A stretch of 63,520 nt of DNA, the filler included, from Octopus bimaculoides (Eukaryota), in NCBI RefSeq assembly GCF_001194135.2. It is 5 parts of 5 records of this genome, joined end to end, with 100 filler letters (N's around TTAATTAATTAA, not from the genome) between each part and the next. Parts side by side here need not be neighbours in the genome. Positions count along the whole stretch, not along the records: positions 1 to 31,353 come from NC_068985.1; 4 more parts are not named here. One strand, 5' to 3'. The notes below the pieces were generated by a model. That model was not told the origin of the DNA, searched no databases, and saw only the letters and a list, made by a program, of their open reading frames with translations. The translations under genes were made by a program, and so were the position numbers. Position 1 is the first letter of the stretch, and every line of letters begins with the position of its first letter. Positions 10,714 to 22,770 of this stretch are shown here, piece after piece.

Positions 10714-13700
10714 TCACTCACCTGGAATCTTTTTGAAACAGCAAACTTGTATGTATTTCGCTGGCCAGCGGACTCTTTGCCCGCTTCTTGTTCGAGGTTG
10801 CTGTGAAGCCGTTGAAGTACTTGTGGGAGGTGTTGACGAGACTGTGTCGGTTTGGTGCGGAGTGGAGAATTCGGGTTCGACGATAGCTTTCTTAAGTCGA
10901 TCAATACTAATAGTATTTGGCTTGCCATTTATGTCGACGACAAAGTATTTTTCCCTTCTCTGTAGTACTCTGTAGGGTCCAGAATACAGTGGACAGATTT
11001 GTGATGGTATTCCATCGTTCCAGATAAAAACGTGCGTCCATTGGTTAATGTCCAAGGGAACATAAGTGTCGGTTTTCTGCGAACGGGGTGCGCTAGGTGA
11101 GAGAAGGGACATATGTGCGCGGAGACGATGTACATAAAATGTGGGATCAGGAATATCCCTTGGAGGAACTGGAGCAATCATTTGCCCAGGCAGGGCCAGA
11201 GTGGTGCCGTAAACTAACTCAGCGGGAGAGTGACCGATGTCGTCCTTAACAGATATACGGATACCGAGCAGAGTAAGAGGAAGGAATTCCATCCAGTTGG
11301 TCATATCTGGACATGCACGTATGGCTGCTTTTAGTTGCCTGTGGAATCTCTCTATCATGCCGTTTGCTGCTGGATGATACGCTGTTGTGCGGCAGTACTT
11401 GGAACCAATCAGGCACGTGAGTTCACTAAAAAGGCGCGAATCGAATTGCCGTCCTCTGTCTGTCGTGATGGTCGCGGGGACACTAAAACGCGATACCCAG
11501 TGTGATATCAGCGCTTTAGCAACGGTTTCCGCTGAAGTATCTGACAGCGGGAAAACCTCGGACCATCGAGAAAAGCGGTTGATGCAGGTTAACAGGTGCG
11601 TATAGTTTTGAGAGGGTGGTAGAGGTCCAACTATATCCAAGTGGATGTGTTGAAAACGTGCGTCCGGTATTGTGAAAGTGCCAAGAGGTGATTTTACATG
11701 TCGCTGTATTTTCGCCTTTTGGCAGGCAGCGCAACTCTCAACCCAAGCGCGAATGTCCTTGTTAATGTTCGTCCACACAAAACGAGTTCTTATTATTTTC
11801 TGTGTGGCACAAATACCGGGGTGTGATAGACAGTGAAGGGCAGTGAAAACACTTCGTCGGTGTTGTTCGGGGACGTAAGAACGTTCATGGCCAGTGGATG
11901 TATCGCACCAGATATTAAAGGTACAAGAAGATAATGGTAACAGCTGGAATTTGAGGGACGACAAATTCCGTAGCCTACTAAGCTCTTCGTCGTTTTCCTG
12001 ATCTGCCACAATCAGCTCGAGATCGATGGTCTCTGGGGCATGCAGAGCGTTAAGATGGACGCGTGAAAGCGCGTCTGCTGCTGTGTTGTTGGATCCTTTG
12101 ATATGCTGAATATCTGTGGAATATTGGGCGATGAAGTCGAGGTGATGGACTTCTCTAGGAGAATGGCAGTCAGTTTTCTTCCTGAATGCATATACCAGCG
12201 GCTTATAGTCTATGTAAATGCTGAAAACGGATCCTTCTAACATATGGCGGAAGTGTTTTATGGACAGATACGCAGCCAGTAGCTCACGTCCAAAAGTACT
12301 ATATTTCATCTCTGCAGGTTGAAGTCACTTGGAGAAAAATGATAATGGTTGCCAAACACCATCAACCAACTGCTGAAGGACACCACCGACTCCAGACTTG
12401 GACGCGTCAACTAGTAAACTGAGTGGAGCACCAGGTTTGGGGTAGACAAGCATCATGGCCTTAGCTGGCATATCTTTTAATTTATTAAAAGAGGCCAGCT
12501 CTTTGTCGCTTAATGTTATGGCCTGTCTCTTCTTTCTTTTGTTGCGCAGTACATCAGTAAACGGTTGAGCCACCTCGGCGCAGTGTGGTAGGAAACGCCG
12601 GTAGAAGTTAATCAGACCCAAATATTCGTGGAGTTTCTGAAGGGACATAGGAATGGGGAAATCGACTATCGCCTCCACCTTTTTGGGTAGGAGCCAGATT
12701 CCGTCCCTGTCAATGATATGGCCAAGGAAAGGTAGAGACGAGACACCAAAAATACACTTACTGGTGTTGGTGTTGATTACGATGCCGTAGTCATTTAACT
12801 GCTGGAATACTTGCTCTAAATGCTTTTCATGTTCGGCTTCGGATTTACATGCTACCAATATATTGTCGATGTATGCATACACGAAAGGTAAGTCCCTAGT
12901 TACGGTATCCATAAAGCGCTGGAATGTCTGCGCTGCATTACGGAGACCGAAAGGCATCCGCAAAAACTCGAATAGCCCAAAGGGCGTGGAAATTGCCGTT
13001 TTTGGAACATCGGCAGGTTCGACGGGTATCTGATTATAGGCCCTCACTAGGTCAATTTTAGGAAAAAATCTGTGCTCCGTTCAGCGAAGCAGAAGAATCC
13101 TGCAAGTATGGAATCGGATAAGTATCAGCCACTGTAGCTTTGTTGAGGGCTCTGAAGTCTCCGCATGGACGCCAGCCGTTCATCTCTTTCTTAGGTACCA
13201 AATGTTGCGGACTGGACCAACTGCTGCTGGATGGTCGAATGATCCCCAGGTCTAACATGCTGAAATTCTTGTTTAGCGACCCGCAGGCGGTTTTCAATAT
13301 GGTGCGTAATCCAGTGCTTGACGTCCTTGCGTTTGAACAGTGGTTGGGTGATGTCCGGATATTTACGGAGGAGCACTTCGTATCGGCTGGTAACATGACT
13401 GGACCTACTGTGGACATACGTGCGGTTATACCTCATACAGTGAGGTCAGTCGTTGTATCGACAAGTCTACGTTTTTTTATGTCGACCAGAAGGCCGAAGT
13501 GATGTAAAAAATCAGCACCTATGATAGGAGTGGGTAAGTTTGCTACGACGAAAATCCACTGGAAAGCACGACGAAGGCCTAAATTTAACATGAGGGATTG
13601 CTCGCCAAGTCTGGATGGGTGATTGATTCACAGCCTGAAGAAAGGTCGGCGTTTGTTTTCAATGTCCCGAAGTTAGTGAGACGGGGATGATGCTAACTTC
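10714..13700 (-). pseudogene. pol: Gypsy pol remnant (PR-RT-RNaseH-integrase), disrupted
   Basis: [59 protein letters not shown], zinc-finger H..HPG..C..C and [10 protein letters not shown]...TDRGRQF...[11 protein letters not shown]. In-frame stop at 12325-12327, frameshift near 13050, protease DTG motif truncated at ~13700. Confidence 0.9.
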
Positions 13701-14670
13701 AGTCCACGAGAAAACGGGTGGGTACCCGTTTTCTCGTGGACACTGGGGCTGTAGTATGATCCATAACGAAGAAAAGGCGACTTTGTTTACCTGCGCCAGG
13801 AGTGACCGTTGCCCCTACANNNNNNNNNNNNNNNNNNNNNNNNNNNNNNNNNNNNNNNNNNNNNNNNNNNNNNNNNNNNNNNNNNNNNNNNNNNNNNNNN
13901 NNNNNNNNNNNNNNNNNNNNNNNNNNNNNNNNNNNNNNNNNNNNNNNNNNNNNNNNNNNNNNNNNNNNNNNNNNNNNNNNNNNNNNNNNNNNNNNNNNNN
14001 NNNNNNNNNNNNNNNNNNNNNNNNNNNNNNNNNNNNNNNNNNNNNNNNNNNNNNNNNNNNNNNNNNNNNNNNNNNNNNNNNNNNNNNNNNNNNNNNNNNN
14101 NNNNNNNNNNNNNNNNNNNNNNNNNNNNNNNNNNNNNNNNNNNNNNNNNNNNNNNNNNNNNNNNNNNNNNNNNNNNNNNNNNNNNNNNNNNNNNNNNNNN
14201 NNNNNNNNNNNNNNNNNNNNNNNNNNNNNNNNNNNNNNNNNNNNNNNNNNNNNNNNNNNNNNNNNNNNNNNNNNNNNNNNNNNNNNNNNNNNNNNNNNNN
14301 NNNNNNNNNNNNNNNNTTTATCTCCAAGCTCTTCAGAAATTAAAAGTTGGTGTAGTCGCCGTTGCTCCAAGTCGGAGGCCCTTTTTATCAGTTCATTCTT
14401 AAAAGTGTCGTAAGACACGGAACCTGGTGGGGCCATAATCAAGTCCCTGACCTCCATCATTATTTCAGGTGAAAGGGCACCGATTAAATGCGTCAATTTC
14501 GCTGCATCGCTCGCTATTCTATTCGCAGCAAACTGAGCCTCGACGTGGGCGAACCAGAGGGCTGGATCAAAAGACCAGAAGGATGGCAATTTTACGGAAA
14601 TTGCGGCCTGAGGCAGTGCCATGTCTACAGACGAAGAGGTTGCAGGTGTGTCTTGCTCCGGAAAGTGCAT
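13699..14670 (-). pseudogene. gag: Gypsy gag (plus start of protease); central part in N gap
   Basis: SVKLPSFWSFDPALWFAHVEAQF...YDTFKNELIKR...RRLHQLL..EELGDK is the typical invertebrate Gypsy gag N-terminus; the ORF ends at RFLVD. Confidence 0.85.
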
Positions 14671-14774
14671 ATATAATAAAAAGGAGGTGGTAGTTTCTCT
14701 TTACACGAAGTCGCCAAGTTGTTGGTAATTCAGCTTCAGAAGGCAGTGATTCTTTTTTTTATGGGGTCACTAAT

Positions 14775-15037
14775 TGTAATGAGTAAATGTTTTTGTGAAG
14801 CAATGTATTTAGCTGGTGGTCTTGTTATCTCTATTCTAGATTTTGGTGATGTAGAAGAGGTTAAAAAGGGTCAAGTGGTGAAGACATTGTTTCGGCCTAG
14901 CTAAAGGCATCTGGAAAATATTAAACTGCTGTCAGAGAAAAATCTATTGTTCCACCGTGGGAAAAGTCTGTTGCAGTGTTGATTTAAATTTGGCTATGGT
15001 GGAACAAATCCACTTCATGCATGCAAGATCCACTACA
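14775..15037 (-). repeat. 5' LTR (263 bp)
   Basis: Ends TGTA...TACA, followed on the minus strand by a PBS-like motif. Confidence 0.85.
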
Positions 15038-15169
15038 TCTATCTATATATATATATATTGTAGCAATTAACCATTTGAAGCTGTTGAATTTGTTCCACTT
15101 TACACGATTTATTTTCTAAATCATTTAACATGAGTTCTAAATTATTCAACATGGGATGGAGTAGTTTTA

Positions 15170-15560
15170 GGAGTGGATGTGTGGTAAGTAGCTTGCTTAC
15201 CAGCCACATGGTTTGGGTTCAGTCCCACTGCATGGCCCCTTGGGCAAGTGTCTTCTACTATAGCCTTGGGCTGACCAAAGCCTTGTGAGTGGATTTGGTA
15301 GACAGAAACTGAAAGAAGCCCGTCGTATATATGTATACATATGAATGTGTGTGTATATGTTTGTGTGTCTGTGTTTGTCCCCCCAGCATCGCTTGACAAT
15401 TGATGGTGGTGTGTTTATGTCCCTGTAACTTATTGGTTCGGCAAAAGAGACTGATAGAATAAGTACTAAGCTTACAAAGAATAAGTCCTGGGGTCGATTT
15501 GCTCAACGAAAGGCGGTGCTCTAGCATGGCCACAGTCAAATAACTCAAACAAGTAAAAGA
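15170..15560 (+). mobile_element. tRNA-derived SINE, family 1
   Basis: tRNA-like head (GTGTGGTAAG...GGTTCAGTCCC), body CCTTGGGCAAGTGTCTTCTACTATAGCC, tail ACAAGTAAAAGA; homologous to copies at 26020, 47029, 54436, 56739 and 62490. Confidence 0.8.
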
Positions 15561-16593
15561 GTAAAGTTCATTCTGGTCTCTTCTTTGTCTCATAATGCTC
15601 AACTAATGATTTTATGTTCATAAATTCTGATGATCAAATTAATTTTCTCCTTTTTCTCATTAGTAAATCTAATCAATATATATAATACACTATGTCATCA
15701 ATGCATATTTAATACATTATATGTATTTGCATATATATGTATTCCACCATTAATCATTCTACTTCATATAATCCACTATATTCCATTATTACTTTTTATA
15801 TTCAACTTACTGAGTGGGATCATGTATTCAACTTTAGCCTAATTTACTTATTACACTGTATGCATGTATTTCTTGATTTAAGCAGAAATAATCTGAAATT
15901 AATTTGAAAAATAGAAGTAGTTTCAAATTCGACTGAAAATTCAGAAGGCTAAGATGTGTTGGTGCCTCCTTATATCTGTACAAGAAAAATTGTTCTTCCA
16001 GAACTTTTGCAGTGAATGTGAACAATAGTGCTTATTATGTATATTTGTAGCTTTTGCATGGTATGTATCAAATATGTTGTAAAGGCATAGCTTTTACATA
16101 AATTAAACCTGCTGTCCCTTGAAAACCTTTAGAAAATGTATGTAATCTGTTTGTAAAATCATGTACCCATGTGTAAATATGCAATATGTTGGTAGTTTTG
16201 AAAACATATACATGTTCAACATTTGTAAAATTAGGTAGACCACTTGGTGTAGAAAATAACAATGTAGAATAATGAGTAAATCATTGACTACAACATATAG
16301 TACATATTAAAAGTAATCAAATATGTACAAAATTTGGGGAATGATTTTAATTTTCTTATTTTCCTGTTACTTGGTACATTTATTTACATCCTCATACTCT
16401 CATTAGCAGCATTCATCATGTACATTTTTCAATAATAGCTCCAATTGGTAAAATCAAGTATTCATACATACAAACTAAAATGTAGTTATAAAGTTTAGCA
16501 GAACACCCCCTGTCATTATTGATAGCTCAGGTACTCTAGTAAGAAGATCACACCACCAGACAGGTTTTATAGGACTTGAGAAATGTTGCTGAT

Positions 16594-16608
16594 TTAAGTT
16601 TTCTTTTT
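16594..16608 (-). CDS. KRR1: KRR1 terminal coding exon (KKKT-stop)
   Basis: Pyrimidine tract plus AG (ttctgtttcag), then AAA AAG AAA ACT TAA; phase 0 matches the preceding exon; KRR1 orthologues end in a lysine run. A very short exon is inherently less certain. Confidence 0.6.
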   Translation of the reverse strand, partial: KKKT

Positions 16609-16729
16609 CTGAAACAGAATAATTGAAAGAATAAATTTAAAGCAAATGGTTCAGGTATAAACATGTCAAGCTAAGTAAAATCACTGTCATCCATACAAAC
16701 AGGCTTGTCTTTTATAGGTGCCAGCGCTA

Positions 16730-16937
16730 CCTAAAATACACTCATGCTCGTGTTGTGTAAACACACCCATGCCAGTGACACATAAAAGCACCCAGCACAC
16801 TCTGTAAAGTGGTTGGCATTAGGAAAGGCATCCAGGCATAGAAACCATGCCACAACAGACAATTGGAGTCTGGCCAGCTCCTGTCAAACCATTCAACCCA
16901 TACCAGCATGGAAAATGGATGTTAAATGATGATGATG
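16730..16937 (+). mobile_element. RTE-LINE 3' tail / related SINE with (GAT)n end
   Basis: GGCATTAGGAAAGGCATCCAG...AACCCATACCAGCATGGAAA...TGATGATGAT; related copies near 18060, 19815, 22620, 23660, 24903, 27330 and 27700. Confidence 0.7.
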
Positions 16938-18059
16938 ATAATGTGTGTGTGTGTGTGTGTGTGTGTGTCATTTAATGTACACAGTATCAAAATATTGATA
17001 ATTTCTTACCATGGAGACACCATAATTAGACAGATTTATATAATGTGCCTTGTGTCTCCGAGCAATCTTCAGGCTCAAGGCACATGGTAAGTTCTATTTG
17101 AAAACCAAGATGCTGGTACATGAGAAACAATAAGAAAAAGACAAAATAAAAACAAGAAAGTTGATGCAAAAATGGAATAAGACAAAGGGTGAATAAAAAA
17201 GGAAACAGAAAGAAAAGTAAGAGTTACGGTGCCCTCTAGTTCAACAAAAGAAATCTGTCCATGTGCTTGCATTTGCTGAAAATTTTGAATCTGGAACTAA
17301 GTTGTGTGGTGGAATTCTAGAAGCATTGTGTCCCACCCACATATAACAATAAAATTTTCACACACTCTACCCCAATAAACCAAACTACATCCTTTCTCTT
17401 CCTCACATTCCCTCTTCATACACTATGATTATTTCCCACTCCCCATTCCTGTCCTCACTGCCCTGCTCACTGTATTGCTGCTTCCCCAAATCATACGCAA
17501 GTTCTCACCAGTCACTGCATTCTCAACCCACCACTTACACCTTCTTGGCAATACCCTGCCATGTACATCATGACCCCCATACTTTGAGGGTATGCCCTGG
17601 CACTTGCCACCACTTATCTCTCTCTCTTCCTTACTCTACTATCCCATCTATGCTCTGATCCTCGTTCCTTGTGAATTTACCCTGGCACTTCACCATCTCT
17701 CCCCTACTCTCTCTTGCATTCTTGCTGTCTCTTTTTTTCCCTTGATCTTCCCTCTGGCTAGGTAACCATCTTTCTCCTCTACAACAGCACACCTATTTCT
17801 GCCCTCATTCATGATCATTCTCTCTCTCCTTCCTTTGCTCTTCCCTCTAGCTAGGTAACCAAGTATCTCCCTTACAGCAGGACATCTGTTTCTGACCTCT
17901 TTCTTTCTCTCTCTCTGCTGGGTAACCATGTATCTCCCCTACAGCAAAACACCTGTTTCTGTCTCTCTGTCACACTCTAACCTTTCATCATCTGACAAAA
18001 GATCACCTCCTCCAATGCACCCTCTTCTGTCAAAGATTCCTTGTCTTAAAAGCTACTGG

Positions 18060-18362
18060 GTGACCCCGCCAGTGCTGGTGCCATGTAAAAAGCATCCAGT
18101 CCACATTGCAAAGTGATTGGCATTTGGAAGGGCATCCAGCTGTAAAAACCATGCCAAAATGGTCCTCGGCTGTGCTGGTGTCACATAAAAAGCACTCAGT
18201 CTACTCTGTGAGGTGGTTGGTGTTAGGGAGGGCATCCAGCTGTAAAAACCCTGTCGAAACAGACACAGAAGTCTGGTGGAGTCTTCTGCCTAGCCAGCTC
18301 CTGTCAAACTGTCCAACCCATGCCAGCATGGAAGGCAGACATTAAACAATGATGATGATGAT
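18060..18362 (+). mobile_element. RTE-LINE 3' tail / related SINE with internal duplication
   Basis: Two GGAAGGGCATCCAGCTGTAAAAACC blocks (~18126 and ~18226) followed by a (GAT)n tail. Confidence 0.7.
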
Positions 18363-18589
18363 CTTTCATTTATGCATAAGTTGCATCTCTCTGATCCATT
18401 TACATTGGTATAGATTTCTCCACAATTGATTGTAGGCAGTGTGCAATTGGTTTTTTTAGCCAACTTAGTGGCTTTATTTTTGTCAATGTCTTTTATAATT
18501 GCCTTCACATAAACCAATGTAATTTTTCTTTTCAATTGTTATCTTAAAGCACTGCTGTGACGTGACTTTGGTCTCATAGATTACTGAGT

Positions 18590-19360
18590 TTATGCTCACA
18601 TGTAGGTTGACAGTTCTATCAGACATATGTGATCACATTTAGACTGCCAGTTCTACTTCAGACATAGAATTGTGATCACATACCAAATGATAATTCTGTC
18701 AAAGATATAGCTGTGATGATTGACAGTTCAACCAGATACAGAGAACAGTGATTACATGCAGAATGACAATTCTATAAGAACTATAGAACTGAGATGATAT
18801 GAAGATTGACAATTCTATCAGGCATACATAAATGTGATCACATGCAAATTGGAAGTTCAATCAAGCATTAAGAATTGCGTTCACATATAGATTGACTGTT
18901 CTATCAGACATATGGTACAATGCTGATATGAAAATTAACAGTTATATCAGACATACAAAACTGTGATCACTAGTAGAACTGTGATCATGTGTGGATTCAT
19001 AACACTATCAAACCCATTGAATTGTGATTACATGCAGATTGACAGTCCTGGCAAGCCTATACAACTGTTATCACATGTAGATCGATTAATGTGTCAGATA
19101 TATAGACCCATTATCACATATTGTTTGAAAGTTCTACCTGACATGCAAAACTATGATATGAAGATTGACAGTTCTATTAGACATCACACATTTAATATTC
19201 TAATATGACAACTGATACTTGCATCAAACATAAAATTGTGATGATGTCTAGATAGACAGTTCTATCAGATATACGGTACTCTGCTGATATGAAAATTGCC
19301 AGTTATATCAAAGAACTGTGACCACATGTAGACTGACAGTTCTGTTAGACTAAATACACT
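18590..19360. repeat. Degenerate minisatellite, ~30-45-bp unit
   Basis: Recurrent TTGACAGTTCTATCAGACATA and TGTGATCACAT motifs, roughly 15-20 imperfect copies. Confidence 0.8.
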
Positions 19361-19504
19361 TAGGTCAGTTCTTAGCTGATTGACTTTTGAAAGTGAGTAT
19401 ACATTTTAGTCAATGGTTACACAGATTCAATATTTTACAAGCGCGCGCGTGCGCACACACACACACACACACACACAAAATAAGATGTAAGAAAAGTTGT
19501 TTAC

Positions 19505-19554
19505 TTGAATTTTTTTCACTTTTGCTTTCAAAGCTTCAACATTGACATCTGAAC
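19505..19554 (-). CDS. KRR1: KRR1 coding exon (SDVNVEALKAKVKKIQ)
   Basis: ctctttcacag|GT TCA GAT GTC...ATT CAA|gtaaac; phase 1 in, phase 0 out; resembles the KRR1 C-terminal IDVASIKEKVKK segment. Confidence 0.8.
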
Positions 19555-20139
19555 CTGTGAAAGAGTATTGTTATTATTATTATTGTAGTACATAAGCAGC
19601 ACAGCTATTCAACTCATGTCTCATATTATTATTATTATAAATTATTATGATTATTATTACTTGTGTAGTGGAATGGTAAGTGGTAATTATGATAAAGTGT
19701 TGGAAAAAATGTGGAATTGATCAAATAAATATTGGTTATATACCCGGTCAAATGAATCATTCATATCTCTTACTTTAAATTTGGGGCTTTGTGTTAATGT
19801 ATGAAATTATTACTATTGGCATCAGGAAAGGCATCTGGCTGTAGAAAACTCTTCCCCAACATTCTCTTGACAGACCCATGCAAGCATAGAAAAGTAGACG
19901 TGATGATGATGATGATAATGATGACATAGATTAAATGTGATTTATTGGTTTCACTGCTTTGAGTTTAAAACTTGGCTTGATTAAATTAGTTTGACAGAGA
20001 AGACATAGAGGACCATAAAAAAAAAAGAGATGGGTTTGAAAAGAGTGGAAAAGTGAAAGTAGCAAAGAACCCTATTAGGTAACTAAAAGGAAGAGGTTTG
20101 CCAATGTCTTATAGCACGAGGATCAGAGACTTAAGGTGA

Positions 20140-22770
20140 TCTGGACTGCTAGACAGTATATCAGAAAATAGAGATGTAGGTGAAAAATGTGTACAGATGG
20201 ATAATGGTATGCTTGCACTTAGTGCCTCTGATAAGAAAGAGGCATGTGAAGAATGCATGGGATAAAGGTAGTCATCCCTATGTGAATCCAACAATGGGAT
20301 GCACTATCCTGATTGACAGTGGCATGATATATAAAGCAATTAAGGGTATGAAGACATGGAAAGCCTCTGGTCCATTGGGAATTACCACTGAGATGCTTAA
20401 AATATCTGGTGGAGCAGAATATGACATCGTCACTTGTATAGTTAATCAGGTTATCCAGGAAGGCATCATCCCCAAAGACTGGTTTAGCAGCATTATAGTC
20501 AGCTGTTACAAGGGTGAAAGAGATTCCTTAGATAGAATTACAAAGGTATCAAATTGCTGGATCAGAATTCTAACCCAGTTAATTAGAAACTGAAGTAGAG
20601 TGATGAGATGCAGTTTGATTTTGTGCCAGAGATAAGCATACCTGTCAGACAACTACAGGAGAAGTATTTAGCTAAAAGTAAACCATTATACTTGGCATTT
20701 GTTGACCTGGAGAAAGCTTTCTCAGTGATATGATGGTCTCTAAGGAAGCTAGAGACAGATGAATGGCTTGTGAAAGCTGTGTAAGTCATATACAGGGGTA
20801 CTGTCAGTATGATGAAAGTTAGTCAGGAGTACAGTGATGAATTTAGTGTGCAGGTAGGCATTCACCAGGGCTCAGTTCTCAGTCCCTTCCTATTCATCAT
20901 TGTCCTCCAGGCCATAACTGGGAAATACAACATGCTAATCATCTCCCTCTCATAATAGAATCTCTAACAGAATTAGAAAGGAAATTCCAGGTGAGGAAAT
21001 GAAACCAAGAAAACTAACAGGACCCTACCCCCATCAAGTAAATGGTCCTGCTTGATATGTAGGAAAGGTGTAGGCAGAAATTTCATATGGTATAACTAGT
21101 GCAAGCTTAGGACACACAAGTAGTGCAGTGGAATTGCAGGAAGATTAATAGAGAAAGTAGTTTTGGTATGTGAAAGATGCACAGGTACCATAAAATCTCA
21201 GGTCACACAGGAAATTGATATTCTCAAATGCCCTGATGGCTCCCTAGAAATTGCAGATAGTTTTTGCTACCAAGGTAACAGTGGAGGAGGGTGTTCTGAA
21301 AGTGTAGTCACTACAATAAGAATAGGATGGAGAAAATTCAGAGGTGATATTATTTCTATTGGCAACAAAATCTCTTTCTCTCTAAGTGAAAGGCAGATTG
21401 TTTGATGCTTGTGTACAGACAGCAATGCTACCTGGTAGTGAGATGTGGGCCCTGAATGCAGAGGACATGCAAAGACTAGAGAGGAATGGAGCTAGTATTC
21501 TCCGCTGGATGTGCATTGTTAGTGTGTATGTATGAGAGTGCGAATGTATTCAGAAAAGAGTTAGGCATAAGAGGAATCAAATATAGAGTGTAAAGAAAGA
21601 AGACAGTGCTGGTTTGGTCATGTGATGCATATGCATGAGGATAGATTCATAAAGAAATGCTAATCACTTGAAGTGGATAGAACCTGTAGAAGAAGAAGGC
21701 CCAAGAAGACATGGGATGAAGTAGTGAAGGCTGATCATAAGATGCTGAGCCTTAGAGATGATTGGCGCATTTTGCTGTGTTCAAGAAGACCTGCCCATTG
21801 TAGCAAAAATGATATCCTAAAACCACACAGTTATGCTTGTACATACATATGAGGCCCTGTTCCCTGCTCATTTTCATCCATCCTCCATCTATGGTACAGT
21901 CAGCTGATGTACTTGCCTAAGAACAAAATCAGCACATATTACATCCAATCCCCACCCTAAAAATGTCCCCCATTCCTGATCAATCCTACCCACACTATAA
22001 CAGCCAATCACTCCCTTTTTGTGCCTTCAATCACTGCTCTCTGCCCTCTACTACACTCCATTCTAAACACCAATAACCCACCGACTATAACACCCTTATG
22101 CTATATCTCCCTCTCCACTGTTTCTACACATTGCACATACTTTCTGTTCTATTCTCCTTAAGCCACCCCTATACCTCCCATTTTACCCCTCTACATACTG
22201 TTATTTCCTATCATTATCTCCACTTTAGTTCATCACTCACAACATTAAACCCTACCTCCACCAGTTTACTCCTCTTTCACACTCCTATGAAAGCATCTAA
22301 ACACTCTCTCATCTCTTCCCCGCCCCTCTTATGCTCACTTGAGAGTTTGCTCTAGCCCCCACCCCCATTGCTACCTTCCTCTTGTCTCCTTCAGCTATGT
22401 ATCTCCTCTATAGTAAGACACATATGCTTGCTCTTCTATCATACTTTAGCCTTTCAACACCAGCATAAAGCCACTCTCCTTCACCTTACCCCACAAAAAT
22501 ACTTCCTCTTAGTAGTGAGAGCTTTTTATCTTTCCTTTCCCCCAGTTTTTTGTCTTGCAAGTTACATGGCAACCTCATGCTGGTTGCATGAAATAAAGTA
22601 ATCAGTACACTATGTTAAACGAGTGGCATTAGGAAGGGCATCCAGCTGTAGAAACCATACCAAAGATAACATTAGAGCTCAACGCAGGCCTACAGCTCAT
22701 CTGTTCCCTGCCAAACCATCCTCCCCATTCCAGCATGTAAAGTTGACACAGAATGATAATGATGATGATG
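20140..22770 (+). mobile_element. RTE-type LINE, 5'-truncated and decayed, antisense in a KRR1 intron
   Basis: KAIKGMKTWKASGPLGITTEMLK, IPKDWFSSIIVSCYKG, MQFDFVP, YLAFVDLEKAF, VGIHQGSVLSPFLFII, later DSFCY...IRIGWRKFR; pyrimidine-rich 3' UTR and (GAT)n tail. Confidence 0.85.

Larger units (their letters stand above)
8160..15037 (-). mobile_element. Ty3/Gypsy LTR retrotransposon, decayed (gag-PR-RT-RH-IN)
   Basis: LTR 14775-15037 (minus TGTAG...TACA), PBS-like TAGTGACCCC at 14763-14772, gag and pol remnants, PPT-like CACTGGCGAGGAAAGTGA (8415-8398) next to a second LTR copy at 8160-8397. Linking 8160-9640 to the same insertion is inferred. Confidence 0.8.

Noticed and set aside
18290-18535. 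Lysine-rich minus-strand ORF (KITLVYVKAIIKDIDKNKATKLAKK) as a possible KRR1 exon
   Set aside because: No convincing splice sites or similarity; the in-frame path through 19554-19505 and 16608-16594 already explains the C-terminus.
18590-19360. Repeat array and the 9470-9580 array as CRISPR-like
   Set aside because: Units are degenerate with no unique spacers, there are no cas genes, and the context is eukaryotic.
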